Positions 37,366 to 50,297 of a DNA stretch of 64,000 bases are shown here, in pieces. The notes under the pieces are model-generated. The model searched no databases and had not been told where the DNA came from. It saw only the letters and a list, made by a program, of their open reading frames with translations. How positions within the stretch are numbered: position 1 is the first letter of the stretch; the number at the start of each line of letters is the position of its first letter. Both the position numbers and the translations under genes were made by a program. Location: the NCBI GenBank assembly GCA_905178155.1, contig CAJINV010000008.1, forward strand, positions 4,329,468 to 4,393,467, given 5' to 3'. The DNA is from Amoebophrya sp. A120 (Eukaryota > Protista > Dinoflagellata).

Positions 37366-40300
37366 ATGCATCAGCAGCGGCAGAGAAACTTCGGCCCGAG
37401 CCAGCACCAGCAGAACTGGAGCCAGCAACCGGGTGCAGACAGACGGGGCCAGACTCCGCGAGTCGCGAACGGTGAGTACAACCAGCAGCACCGTCCCCGC
37501 GCCAGTCCTGGAGATCCAGTACCAGGAAGCGCGATGTCCCGCGTACCGCGCGGCAGCCCAACCGGCTCAGTCTACGGCGAAATGCCGCGTGGCAGTCCGA
37601 CTGCCGGAACGCCCTACGGACAATCGGCCTACTCTCGTGGTGAAAACGGGGGCTACAGCACCAGCGTGCGCGGTGGACACGGGCAATATCAAGGCGGACA
37701 GAGGTATGCGGACCAGGGCAGAAACGCAAGTAACCAAAACGCTCCGCGCGGAAGTCCGACTGCCACAGACCACCATCGAAGTACTAAGATGCCTAGTCAT
37801 GGATATTTCTGTTTTTCGAGCCCCTCGCCCCTGGAGATATGGGCTGTTCTTTGTTTTCGCTCCTCATTAGGGCAGGACGTTTCCTTCCGAGCTCTGGCCC
37901 TCAAGCTCGGGGTCCTAGATGGGCTGGCTGGAGTTTGTTTTTGTTCGCGCTTCTAGGGAATATGCGGCAGTGCTGGAGAGCATTATGGTGCTGCTCAGGG
38001 TGCAAGGCGGGTTTTGCTCGCCCTTCGATATGTTGCGGGTTTTCCAACTTACTAGCTGCTACTCCGAGTAAGGGCAGGAGGCTCTCAAGCCTCGTTTGGG
38101 AAGCCCTGTCGGGGCCAGATACCTCGCTGTGCTGGTTTTTATCTTGGGAGCAGCTACTCCCCTGCCGGGTCGCGTCTCTACTCCTTTTTACACCAGAGAA
38201 GCTTCGCTTCGTCCTCGGTCTCAATGGGTCGGTAGTATAGTGCTGCGCGGGGTGGTCAGCGAGTGTACAAAACCTCCAGCCGGGAGCGCATGGGCCGACA
38301 GCTAGAGGCTTGGCACTTAGGGATATGAGCTGGCGGGGCTCGCCGCAGTTCTATTAGCGATTGGTTTTGCTAGGGTTGGCCCTGTACCTGTTGACGGCGG
38401 TGAGGATACTTACTTTGTTTCGGATGCGCGGATAGCTCGCATCCCGTTGGGGGCGCGGACCCAGCGTCTATTCTATCGTGCCTGTTGGCCGTGTCTATAG
38501 ATTTTAGGCTGGGGCCTGGGTCATTTTACACATTGGAAGTTTTCCGTTCAGGGGCCCATAGTGCTACCCTCTGCTTCGCTTTGTTGATACTGCGGTCTAG
38601 TGCATCTCGTTTCGCGGTGGAACTTCCCGGACCTGGGGCACTTCTGTTTTCGGAAGGCCAGATGCCTCACAGCGCTGGCACTTATCTCGGCGGCTGCCTT
38701 CTTCTTTGACTTTTTGTTTCGGATTGGCCTTACAGTCTCATCTGCACCACACCAGGGGAGCTCCGCTTTGTCCTCGGTCTCGCCTTGCTTTGGGAACAGG
38801 GGTCGTTTGGCACTGGCGGTACCCAATCCGTTACCCTTGCGAACTTGTTCCCTGGCTAGGGCTCGTGGTTTGGTGTCTCCTTCGTTCGCCCCCTGTTCCC
38901 ATCGCGGGGCGGGGCCGAGGTTTTGTTTCGTGGATGATGGCCCGCGCCAAAATTTGTCTGTGGTGCGGGCATTAGTGTTGCGGGAAGGCCCAGCTGGGCT
39001 GGGGGTTGAGTAGGGTGCGCTATTCGTGGCACCCTTGCGGGGTAGCTGATCGCACTGGGGGTACCGCACTCGTCTTCGCGTAGACGTGCGCGGGGGTCTT
39101 CCGCTCGCTCGGGCCTAGTGGGTGAGAGGCCCACTAGTGGTTCTGGTTTCCTTTTTTCTCGTGACAGAGTTAGGAGTCACGCCAGGCGCGTGCAACGCCT
39201 TTGCTTTTGGTTGCTCGCCTCTAAGTTTTGGACTTTCCTACGAGGAGTTTCGGTTTTCTAGCGAGGTTAGCCTGGGTTATTTTTCAGCCGATGTCCGGAC
39301 TTCTTTCCTTGCCTCGCAAGAGGGATTGTTGCAGCCTCACGAACGGACGGGCCTTGGCCGTAGGAGTAGGGCACTTGTCGATGCTCAGCGTTAGTGAGTT
39401 TTTTCACAAGCGATGGTCTGCTCTTTGGTGTTGGGTTGGAGTTTGCCGCACCTGCAGCGGCTGGGTTTGTTTCGGGTCGCTTGCTATTTTCCCACCCAGA
39501 CAGTGGCTGGGGGCACGTTGGAGGTGCGACGCTATTCTTAGGCTTGGTTAACCGGTCGGGGAATTTTGGCTGCCCTAGGGAGGCTACTTCTTGGAAGTTT
39601 CGGATGGCCCGCTTGTCTTGTCGGGTCGGCTAGGGTAGGATAGCTACCGGGGGTGGTCGAGAAGGCTGCTTGTGTTTTCCTGACGTTAGTCTGTTTAGTC
39701 TGCTACTCTTGGATCGCATGGAATTTGAGTGCCACAGTGGGCAGCTAGCTTGGTGCTTGGCTGTTCTAGTCGCGTTACTTAGCGCAGCGGCTTGGCACTT
39801 CTCGGGGGGAGTTTGCTGCTACTGTTCTGATGCGATGTGCTCTGCAGCTGACCACGCAACGCCTGAGCCTGATCGGGAATTGAGGCCGCCCTATTTGAAC
39901 TTTGTTTGTGCTATTCGTCTTTGCTGTCTCGCAATTCAATAGGTTCCCCGGGGTTACCTAGCTCTCTAGCTCCGCGCGGAAGTCCGACTGCCACAGACCA
40001 CCACCTGTACCGCCGAACCGGGCAACGGACCGCCATGGCTGCGCCCTCGGGAGGTCCGTCCTCGCACAGAGTTGGTGGTGGTGGACCGCACGCACCGCAG
40101 AACCGATACGCAACGCCGAATCCACAGGTTCCGCAGCACCAGCGGAATTTCGTTTCCGGGCATCATCAAAGTGCTCAACACGCTCGGACGCCGATGTCCA
40201 TGCAGATGCAGATGCCGCAAGGCTACCGCAATCCGTCGAGCACGACTCCGGCTTACGGCTATCCGCAGCATTCGGGTGCGCCCCATCGCATGATGGGTCA

Positions 40301-43300
40301 ACATCATCCTGACGATGGGCACATGCTGTCGCACCAAACCCCGCGCACTCCGATGTTTGAACGAGGGAATAATATGCCGGGTGGAAGTAGGACTCCCATG
40401 TACTACAGCAACGATGGCAATTTGTACCCCTTGCGAGGAGGCGCTTCCGGAACTACGCCGGGAGCCGCCGCCTACGGTGCTGGGTTTCCACCCCACGACT
40501 CGTCCAATGGGATCATGCAGAACAACAGTATGCAGTCGTACAACCAAATGCGCGGTGCGCACATGCAGCCAACCCCGGGAGAAGGGCATCAGGGCCACAA
40601 CCGCCAGCGCGATTTCAATTACCGAGGACATGGTCCGCATTTCGACGGCAATGGCAATGATCCCACGCGTTCCACCTGCATGAGCGGCATCGGGATACCG
40701 ACGCCACGAAGTCACATGCCCACGCCGAGAGGTGATGTGCGGCAGCCGCATCGCATGCAGGATCAACGATTGCATGATCCGCGACGTCAGGACAATAGTG
40801 TGATCCTCAAAGACCAGAACGCGACCCATTCCAAATCTCGTCGGCCGCAATTTCCACGTTCAGCCGCAGATAGAGAGAGGGACCGAAGCTGTTCGAGCAA
40901 CGCGGGCTGTTACGTGAACAGCAATGACGAACAAGAGAATTCCATCGACATGCGGATGGTTCTTCCCGACCGGAGCGCCAGCACGCAACAGGACGAGCAA
41001 GTGGAGAATACGTGTTCTCGATCACGGGCAGCTCTTGCCGACCACGGGGAGGATGTGAAGAAAAACCGAAGTAGCCGGAATTGCTCCGTGGACCAGAGTC
41101 AACAACAGGAGCAGGGGCAGTTGCCACCAGGAGGACCAAGCCAAAACACTTCCAGAGGAGCGAGTTTCTTGCAGAAGCGCCAGCAACTCATGCAGGCACA
41201 CCCGCAGCTTTCGTCCGCGGCTGGTTGCAATAGCTCGTCCTTGTCCGCCGTCGGAGGAGAAGGCGGATTACCTACTTCGGATTTTGATCAGCAAGATCTG
41301 TTACCGCCGAAGCTTACCGCGCAAGTGCGCAAGATCAACGAGCAGAGGAGGAAAAAGCAGATGGAGAACTGCGGCATCGCGAAGTTGGACACGTACCAAG
41401 AGTGGATGAAGATCGACGACCAGCCGCATAGGATGCAGTTGGGAAGCGGTAGAGGGGAAGGGCTATACCAGCTGGTAATGATATTTGTTCTTCTTTCATG
41501 GAATTCATCTGCATATCGGGGTGAAATTTCAGAGTAGATTTATTGCGATGCAAATTGAAAATGAAAGGAAGTAATACCGGAAGAGCAAAAACCCTACCCC
41601 AGGTCCTGGACCCGGCCAATATGCAGAAGTACATGATGTGCCCTTACTGCAACGACAACGTGCTCTACAACTCGTTCCCCACGATGCGCGCGCATTTGCG
41701 GCAATGTGAGAAGATGGCCGTCCACCGGCTGCGGCAGGACGTGTGGGCCGGGAAGGTGAAAGACGACAAAGCAGCTTCCTGTTGCCCGGAAATCTCCGAC
41801 AACCCCGCTTTGGAAGAGCTGAAGAAGAAGGAGATCGCGCTCGTCGAAAAACTCGTGTTGCCGCGGGAGCTCGAGGAGAACCTCAAGCCGACCGCGCTGG
41901 AGCAGCAGCAGATACGGGAAAAGTGGGAACAGGTGGAGAAAATCGACGAAGACCACGCGAATCAGAGAGTTGCTGCTGACGGCAAGGGTTTGCTTTCAGG
42001 TGAGCTGGAGGAGCGTCGCCGAGGAGATAAAAGTCGGCGTGGGAAGCAGGAGCAGGCTGAAGCTGCCGTTCCTTCCGCGTCGTCATCATCTGCAGAGAAG
42101 CGTGGTCGCTATGCGAAAGCGAGCAGACAGCTCTCCCATATGGAAAACCAGCAGACCGACATGAGCGACAACGATTCGGATGATAATTTGTCTTGTGACA
42201 ACTACGAGCGTGTCGTCCCCGGTGCTGTTTTGGAGATGGAGCAAGCCGTGCGTGACGCGACGAAAGACATTTTAGCCCGGGACGAGCGAAACAGGACCAT
42301 GAGCGGGAACGGCTTGCCTGACGAAGAGGAGACGGATAAGAAGATAAGGCAGCGAAAGAACGCTCCGCCTGACCTGCGTCAGGAAGAACGCCATCAGAAG
42401 ATCAATCATCCTACTGTTACCGCGGCCGGCACACGGAAAAAGAGCGTAGCGGAGTTCGAGGATGCGGAAAATGAGTACGAACAGAACCTGGAGTTTCGGG
42501 TGATGCAGCACCCGAAGGTGATCGAAAAGCGGGAGCAGCTGCGGCAGCGCGGCATGGTGGACTACGAACCGGTGAACTTGCGCAGGGACGCAAAAGACGC
42601 GATTCTCGAGGAAGAAAACGAAGAGCGGCGGAAGCGAAGCTTGATGGAGCAGGAGCAGATTGTGCGGCCCCGGCAGGCGGCGTTGAAGAATTGGGCCAAG
42701 GAGAACGCCGGAAAAGCGGTGAAGTGCGGCGATCACTTTGAAATTACTTCTAAAGGGGTGGAGCAGGTGGGACATTGCGAGAAAGGAGAGGAGCGGAAGA
42801 AAATCGCATGCGGGGCCTCTCCTGTATTGCGAACACGTGGCTCCGGGGGAGAAAGTAGACCGGAAGAAGCTAGTGCTGGGAAAGTTGTTGTAGGAAGTTT
42901 GGAGCCGAAAGAATCCCCGTCCGCCAATTATCCGGTGCAGCAGAAGCGGTTTCGAAAGCAAGCACTCTCACCGCAAGAGTTTCCAGAACCTCCCTTGAAG
43001 TCGGAAAAAACGAAGGACCAAGTCGAGGGCGGGACAGTCAAAGACAAAAACGAACCTGCTCGTCGCTATGACGAAAAACTAGCGCCCCAGACCGGTACCT
43101 TCGCGCTTCACGCCGTTGATCTTGGTGACGAGCGGTCTAAAACTGCGGCTTCTGCTGGAGGGCACGGCACCGGTGAAACGGACCGTCGCTTGAATCGCGA
43201 TGCGTCGGAGGTGGAACAAGATGTGAAGCTCGCTTCTGGATCTTCCAGAAACCCGGCTAGCAGTACCAGACACGACACAGGGATCGTCCCGACCACGGCT

Positions 43301-46067
43301 TCTTCCCGACTGGGTACTAGAACAGCAACACCGCCGAAAATAGATCCAGCATCCACGACGCAACCGAAAGAAACCCCTGCACAGTTGCCGATACCGGAAA
43401 AGCCGGCTGCAAGCGGACAAACAGTGACGAAGAAGGATCTGCAGAACGAACCTGGGGCAGAGCGAGCACAGGAAATTAGTGGGATGCAAGCACGGAAGAG
43501 TGCGACGCTTCAAGACCAAGGACTTGCTCCTGGCGAAGGTCAAAGTGTACAACTGGAGGAGCCCACAAAATCTTCCTCCGCCGCCCAGTTTCAGAACCTG
43601 CAATTATCCCGCAAGCGCAAACAGCTGACTCCGCAGACCAGCAACGAAAGCAACCGGCCAGTTCCCGGAGTTGTTGCAAGCGGACAAAGCGGCACTGCAG
43701 CATCTGGTGTACCGCAGCAGACGGGTGGACAAGTATCAGGCACTGGACCGGCAGGGCTTCCGCAAACCGATACTCAATTACTTCCAGATGTATCAAAGCC
43801 CGCTGCTAAAGCAAATCCGAAGGCGAAGGCAAGAGGGAAGCGAAAAGTTGCGAAGAAGGACGGTGGAGGAGACCATGCAATTCCTGAAGAAGAGCACTCG
43901 TCAAAGTCAGCGGCGCCAAAGCAAGCTGCGACAAGATCCGCGGGCGCATCGACAACCACTGGTGCAAAGGAACGTGATCGCACTTCGGCTCTCATGTCTG
44001 CATTATTCAACACGAATATGACGAACGGAGGAAAGAAAAACATGAACATCTTTGGAAGCGGGACTGCTGGCATGGCGATTGGTATTAAAAACGCACACTC
44101 CACGAATTCGCTCCTGCGTGGACCCTTCAAACAGCATGTTGACGTCGCACCGAAACCAGATCCTCCACCGTCGCCGCCGAAGGTGAAAAAGTCCGTTCCG
44201 ATGAAGCGTGCGGCGAAGAGAGAAGTTGCGCAGCAAGCCGAACAAGTGGAAGCCGTAGCCCTCGTTCCGAGTGGAGACGTCGCCGCACCGCCGGCGGCAC
44301 AGCCCGAGAAGCTGGAGCTTTTGCTTTCGCCGGAAGAGCCGCCGGCAAAGAAACCCAAAGTAGGAAGACCGAAGGGCTCGAAGAACAAAAAGAAACCTCT
44401 CCCAGCGCAAGCACTGAATATGGACGTCGACGAGGACGATGTCGGGTCACACGATGCACAAACAGGAACAGCACGCCCAAAGTCCACAACTGCGTCAAAA
44501 GCAAAAGCTACTGCAGCAAAGTCCAAGCCGAAAGCGAAACCCAAAGCGAAGGGGAAGGCCAAAGCAAAGCCAAAAGCGAAGAATAAAGCAGGGGGCGGCG
44601 GGGAAGCTTCAACTGCGGGCACGGGCAACGACTCCAGTGCCGCGGAGGGTTCCCCAGTACTTCCGCAGGAAATACTAGTCGTGCCTGCGCCGCCTGTTCC
44701 ATCAGGCACAGGGTTGAACGGTGGGGACGTGCCAGCAGCGAGTAAAGTACCGGCGTCGAAGGAAGACGAGGAAATCGACGACGAATCCCCGGCAGGATTG
44801 CAAAATCCGTACGCGAAGTCGGACTCTGAAAGCAGTTCAGAGGAGGAGGTCGTGCAGGAAAAGCAGAAAGAAGCAGCGAAAAAGCCCGAGGATGTGAAGA
44901 GCTACGACGAAGGAAGCTTCAAACCGCAGTCAATTACGTACCAGAACAACGCCCTTGCTGTGAACCAAGCACCGACAGCTTCGGCTCCGCCGCAGACGAA
45001 GCAGCAAGCAGATGTGGAGCGGGTATCTGGAAAACCAGAAAATCGAGTTGTGCCGGCGCAAGTGCAACCGCCCCAAGAAGCGGCTCAGCCGCAGAAGCAT
45101 CAAATTGCGACCAAACACACCGCGATCATTCCGTCAATCGAAGCGATGGTGTGGGTGCCGAGCCTCGTTGATCGTCCGAAAGATGGAGCAAAGAACCACA
45201 GGAGCAAGGAGAATCTTCCCGCGCAGCCGCAAACCAAGGAAGAAGAGAAACTTCTGGCGAAAAAAGTAGCCGCGGAGCAGCTGGTGCTGCAAAAGGAGCT
45301 CTACCGTGAAACGGAGAGGGCGAAGAACCGCGTGCGAAATTTTTTACGAAAGTGCCCGCCCGTGACACCGCGCGCAAGCTCTTTTGACCGAAATGTGATC
45401 TTCAATTCACCAGCGCCCGGTAGGAGTAGGACAACCGACGCCTTTGTCCACGCCAGAAGTCTCTCACCCGCAATCTCCCGATCGGCTGCAGCGCGGCAGG
45501 TGATTTCTCTGAATCGGAGAAGGGAGGAACTGGCAGAAGCTATGCTGCAGGCACGAAAGAAGAAGGAGCAGAATCGCTCAGCAAAAGAAGGTGCAACAAA
45601 CGAACTCAAGCTCAACACAGCGGCACCACGAGGCGGGACTGCAGGCCAACCGCAGCGGCAAAGCATTATGGAACGGCAAACGAGGCAGGATCGAGAGGGC
45701 ATCATTCGACAGCAAGTACTGATTACTTACAACTTAATCCCCGTTGTCACGTAGTGATGGAAATGTCTGTCCTCTGCTCTGTCCTTTTGAATCCTCCGTT
45801 CTAATTTGAAAAATATTGAATTCAGGTTGTTCATCATCTCGCAGCCGCGGCTCCAGCGAATCCCACCTCCACGATCGGCAATTACAACACCGTGAAAAAA
45901 GTAAACACCTTGGTGGTGAACCAACCAAAATCCGCGCTTTCCACGGCACAAATCTCGACGACAACACCGAAGTGCGGTACCGGGTCAAGCTTAAACCGCT
46001 GGGGGAATCGTCGACGTTCTTTGGGGGTGTAAAGGCAAAAGGCTGGGAGTTCGAGCCCGATGAGTAA
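37366..46067 (+). CDS. Very large, mostly disordered hypothetical protein with a C2HC zinc-finger-like motif, S/T-P repeats and a basic Lys/Ala-rich region
   Basis: Exons ~37366-37775, 40004-41474, 41603-45715 and ~45826 onward. GT-AG intron 41475-41602 joins in frame. Motifs CPYCNDNVLYNSFPTMRAHLRQC, repeated PRGSPT, and AT-hook-like VGRPKGSKNK. The 3' end is uncertain. Confidence 0.65.
37741..40003. mobile_element. 2.2-kb insertion flanked by identical 35-bp direct repeats
   Basis: gctccgcgcggaagtccgactgccacagaccacca at 37741-37775 and 39969-40003. The interior is G/T-skewed, starts TC, and ends with a hairpin (39940-39960) followed by CTAG. Confidence 0.75.
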
Positions 46068-48194
46068 GCATCCGCATTTCCTGCACAGGCGCTCTGGCAG
46101 CTGTAACGCCTGCGCAGACAAAGGAAATCTAAGCCATTGTGGCCTAGCTACTCTTATGCAATGTCTTGTCACTGTCGCATCGAAGAGGAGGACAGGAAGA
46201 ACTTACATCTACACTGAGGGCGTCATGTCTTATAATATATTTTTGCCATTTTTCCATTTCCGCCACCACCACGAATTAAGCCGGCGCCTTGCTTATGTTA
46301 CACATGAATCACAACTCCACTCAAAGATGAAACTAACGCTCGAAGATGATGCTGACGCATAAAAGGAAGTACTTACTTTTATTTTCTGCAAATATTAATG
46401 CGAAGAAGGATAGTATGAATATACAACTTTCGATGCTTGAACTTGATACAAGAAACTCAAAAATCAGAATACAAAAAAAGTCATTTATTATTTTTAGTGC
46501 CTCTTCTCTGTGGTTAGTAAAAAATATTGCACCTCAACCAAATTAGGTTTTCTATTTCTTTATTGTGCCTGCACCGCTTGAAAGCGTGAATGGAGAGCAT
46601 TACCTGCGGTTTTTTCTCCGCGAACCCCTTTCGCCTCTTTCTTGTCTTCTTCTTCGCGCCGGCTTCGATGCTACATTGGGTACTTTGAAATTTTCAGCGT
46701 CACCAACTCGACCTAGTTGTGGTTTGTTGATTCCTACTTATGATTGTAGTACACGTACAAAATATAGCAGCAAGGGAGAGATGGAAATACACTGCTAGTG
46801 CGAGAGTAGTAGAACATTACGTAGGAGTGCCAGGACGTTGGTTACTACTTTAATGAAAGCACCAAGGTAGGAGTTCCATTGCGACCCAGACGTTTGCGAG
46901 CCTGGATATGATGTCGCAGTATGTAGCTTTGGCCGATCGGAAAGGGGGCGACAAATGAGGAAAAACTATCTAAAGATGAAGTGCGAAGTGGGAATATAAA
47001 TACTCCGAACGTCTTCACATCTGTAAAGATATTGACAACTACTTCAGCATGATCGCCCTCACTCCTATCTTCCAAAAAAAGATTCTAATCAAGCCGACTT
47101 GTTGTCGTTGTACTGACATTCTAGCGCCACAATCTCTTTCCGCACAAAAGTCAGCTCTAAGAGAGGCTATGAGTATGACCTCTCCGAAGATGTTGTCGAT
47201 TTGCTCAATTTTCGCAGCGACGTGAAAGAAGCTAGGGCTAAAGCCACAATGTCTTGTCTTAGCGCCGATCAAGCTCACGTTTCTTGGGTTGTTCAGGCAA
47301 CGGTTGTGCCCCAGGTGTTAAGTCCTTGTGTTGTTCCATGATTTATATTTTTTTTTTTCAAGTTTCTCTATAATCTCCCCGTTCTTTTTTCACTTCTTTA
47401 CGTTTTATAATTAAGTAATTTCGAATTTTCATTTTTTCGTATTCATATTAATCGTGTTCTCGTCCTCGCACTACCTCGAAGAAAAACCTCTGGCTTGCGC
47501 TTGACTTGTTTTTGCAAGTGTGCGCGCGCTTAGAGGCTTTTTTCCACCTTGAGAAAAGGACTACACTTTGTGTTTTTCATAAGTTTTTTGTTCGTCAAGA
47601 TTAATCAGAAACAAAAAGAACTCACTGGCAACATTTATCTGCATTCCATTTTCAACAACAACAAAGCAAAGAAGCAGAATTGTATCTCGACCAAGTAATC
47701 TATCATGTTATGTTTTACTTTTTTGTGCCTGGACTGCTTAAGAAAGTGAATGGAGAGCATTGCCTTGGGTTTCCAAGAAACCCTTGGCGTCTCTTTCTTT
47801 TTCTTCGTGGTTTTGATAGCTAGATTTAGTGTTTTAAAACTTGAAAGCTTCAACAACGTCACCACCTCGACGTAGCAGTAGCTTTATTTGTTTTTCGATC
47901 CCTTCTTGCGGCTGCAGTACAAGCACGGTGGTCGCAAGGAAGAGAGAGATTGAAAATTCGAGCAAAACCAACAGGAGTAGAACAAGAGGTAGAAGCACTA
48001 TTTCTATTTGCTAGCTTAACTACGAAAACAGCGAGACCAGACATCAATTACGACGTTTGTGAGAATGGGTATCCCCCTTCGCATGATGTTGTAGTAGTTT
48101 TGTAGCCGTCTTTGCCTGTCCGAAAGGAGAAAAGTAGGAACTCGTTCGTCGTCGTGAACTACTTCGCAAAGGGCGGGCGCTGACCCGCTGTAGA

Positions 48195-49503
48195 CGGCAC
48201 AAATCTCGACGACAACGATGCACGATCAGTGCGCGGTTCCGCAGCCACTTGCTCCAGTCAAAAGACCGCGTGGCAGCGTCCATTGTGTCATGTGCCTTCT
48301 GGAGGCTCGCTCCGGAGCTGACCGACTTCCCAGCTTTGGTCTTCAGGTCCCTATGACGGTACCAATGGAAAAAAATCTCGGCTCGGTCTTTATCTAAATC
48401 GTAAAACTTGTGCCTAGCTTCCCGCCTTAAACGCTTGTCGTTGAAATGCTCGTCCTTGTCTATGCTGTTCTCTACTTATTTATCCACAGTAAATTTCCCG
48501 TACACGTATAAATGCACTCCCTGCATGACAAAACTTGGCTTCGGTCCTAGTTTAGCATGACAAGTTTTACACTACGAATTGGTAAAATTTGTGATGCATC
48601 TTGTACATGTACGGAAAATTTGTATTGCATATTGTTCATCTTCTACTTCATCTTCATCCGAATCGCGGGACGTGGTCCCGCGGGCTCTTCTATCGAAAGG
48701 AAAAATCCCCCCTCCCCATATCGAAAACGAAATTTGTGATGCTGTATTTGAGGTCACAAATCGACTTGCCATGCTAGAAGGCCAAGAGCCGCAGTCGCGG
48801 CCTCGTTTGCAGGCAATTTGTCATGCTGTTTCCCACTCTCAGATGCCTCCTGTCATGCTGAAGATGCAAGGCTTCCCCTTTCCACCCAGCACTCCAGTCC
48901 GCATCTTTTGTCGTGTAGCATGACAAAGCTGATTCGTGACAACAAATCTGCATCACAGATTTCCGTTTTGATATGGGGAGGGGGGATTTTTCCTTTTGAT
49001 ATCTTCGTCGTGTGGAGGTGGTCTTCTTTCCTTCTAAGACTTCTAAATTTTCTATCCGAGTGCGCGACAACTCCCCCTCACGACCCTCATTGATTTGTGT
49101 TCTTGCATGAACAGCAACACAAGCGCTGGCAAAGATGCAGCTTTTGCATGACAAATTCCTTAGAGGATCACTGTAGTGCTGTTTTGGCTTTCGGAATCTG
49201 TCATGCAAAGTAGAGTGCTAACAGGCACAAGGTAGATTTCAGATTTTGCATGACAAATGAGGGGGAGGGGGAGTTGTGCACTGTCATATCTTCCTCGTCC
49301 TTCACCTTCTCATCGTCGCCAACGTCATCATCTTCCTCTATTACCTTACCGTAGTAGTTGACCATACTTGTCGTACCAGCAGAAGTGTGAATTGCAAAAG
49401 TATCGTAATCGTACTCGCACTGGGACTTTCTCGTCTGCATAAGCGCCAGTGTGCCGACAGTGCGTACACGTCCAACACCTGCGGCACAAATCTCGACGAC
49501 AAC
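48195..49503. other. Patchwork insertion flanked by 22-bp direct repeats, containing a minus-strand gene remnant with introners
   Basis: cggcacaaatctcgacgacaac at 48195-48216 and 49482-49503. The minus strand has frameshifted coding-like pieces. 49446-49485 is identical to 56367-56406. Confidence 0.6.
48691..49001. mobile_element. Introner with ~50-bp TIR and TSD TCTTC
   Basis: tatcgaaaggaaaaatccccc...gtgatgc / gcatcac...gggggatttttccttttgata. tcttc at 48686-48690 and 49002-49006. Confidence 0.88.
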
Positions 49504-50297
49504 ACCAAAATGCGGCACCGGGTCAGCAATGGCCAGCGCACCCTTTGCGAACGAGCGCAGAGACTACTCGGCAAAGAGAAGGATTGAATTTCCGATCGTG
49601 CCGGTGCAGATGTAAAAGTGAGCTTTTGCGCGAAGAGGGATGCGCGGTATACTTTGACAGATGCAACTATGTGCTTCACAAGTACAGCAGTAGACAGTCG
49701 CATCTTTTTTCGAATTTTGAACAAAATGAAAATCACAGTTAACCGCTGCTGGCATTATTCGCGACGTGTGCGTGAGGTTAGCTGTCACAGCTTTGGGTGA
49801 TTGGGCGACGCCAGACCAGCGAGCACGCAGCAGTTGCGGCCATTGCACCAGCTTGCAGCGACGTTGGGTCGCTGCGAGCACGCAGGCCGGCATTGTCGGC
49901 CGACTGCGTTGTGCCGTGCGTCGCAGCTGCGGCGCGCTCGCTAATCCATGCATCGAGGCGGGTGGAGATTAACTCCCAACGCCCGCTCTCCCAATGCTCC
50001 ACCGGGCGAGATTCATGCTAGGCCATGGCCAAGGTGCGCGGCATGTTCAGCCAGTGCATGCACTGGAGATCATGCCCGCAAACCAGGGCCATGCTGCCCG
50101 TTCTCTACACCTCTCTATCTTTCCCAAGGGCTGGCTTTCAGATGCCCGCCCATGCGAGTATCTAAGAGCCAGTCGCCTCAGGAAGATATACCCTGAGCTT
50201 CTGCTTCGCGCAGTGAGCATGCCCTCTGTGGAGGGGCGCTTGCGTGGAGCAGAAGCGCAAGGCAGCGACACACTGGGCTCACGCGGGGCCGGGATCG

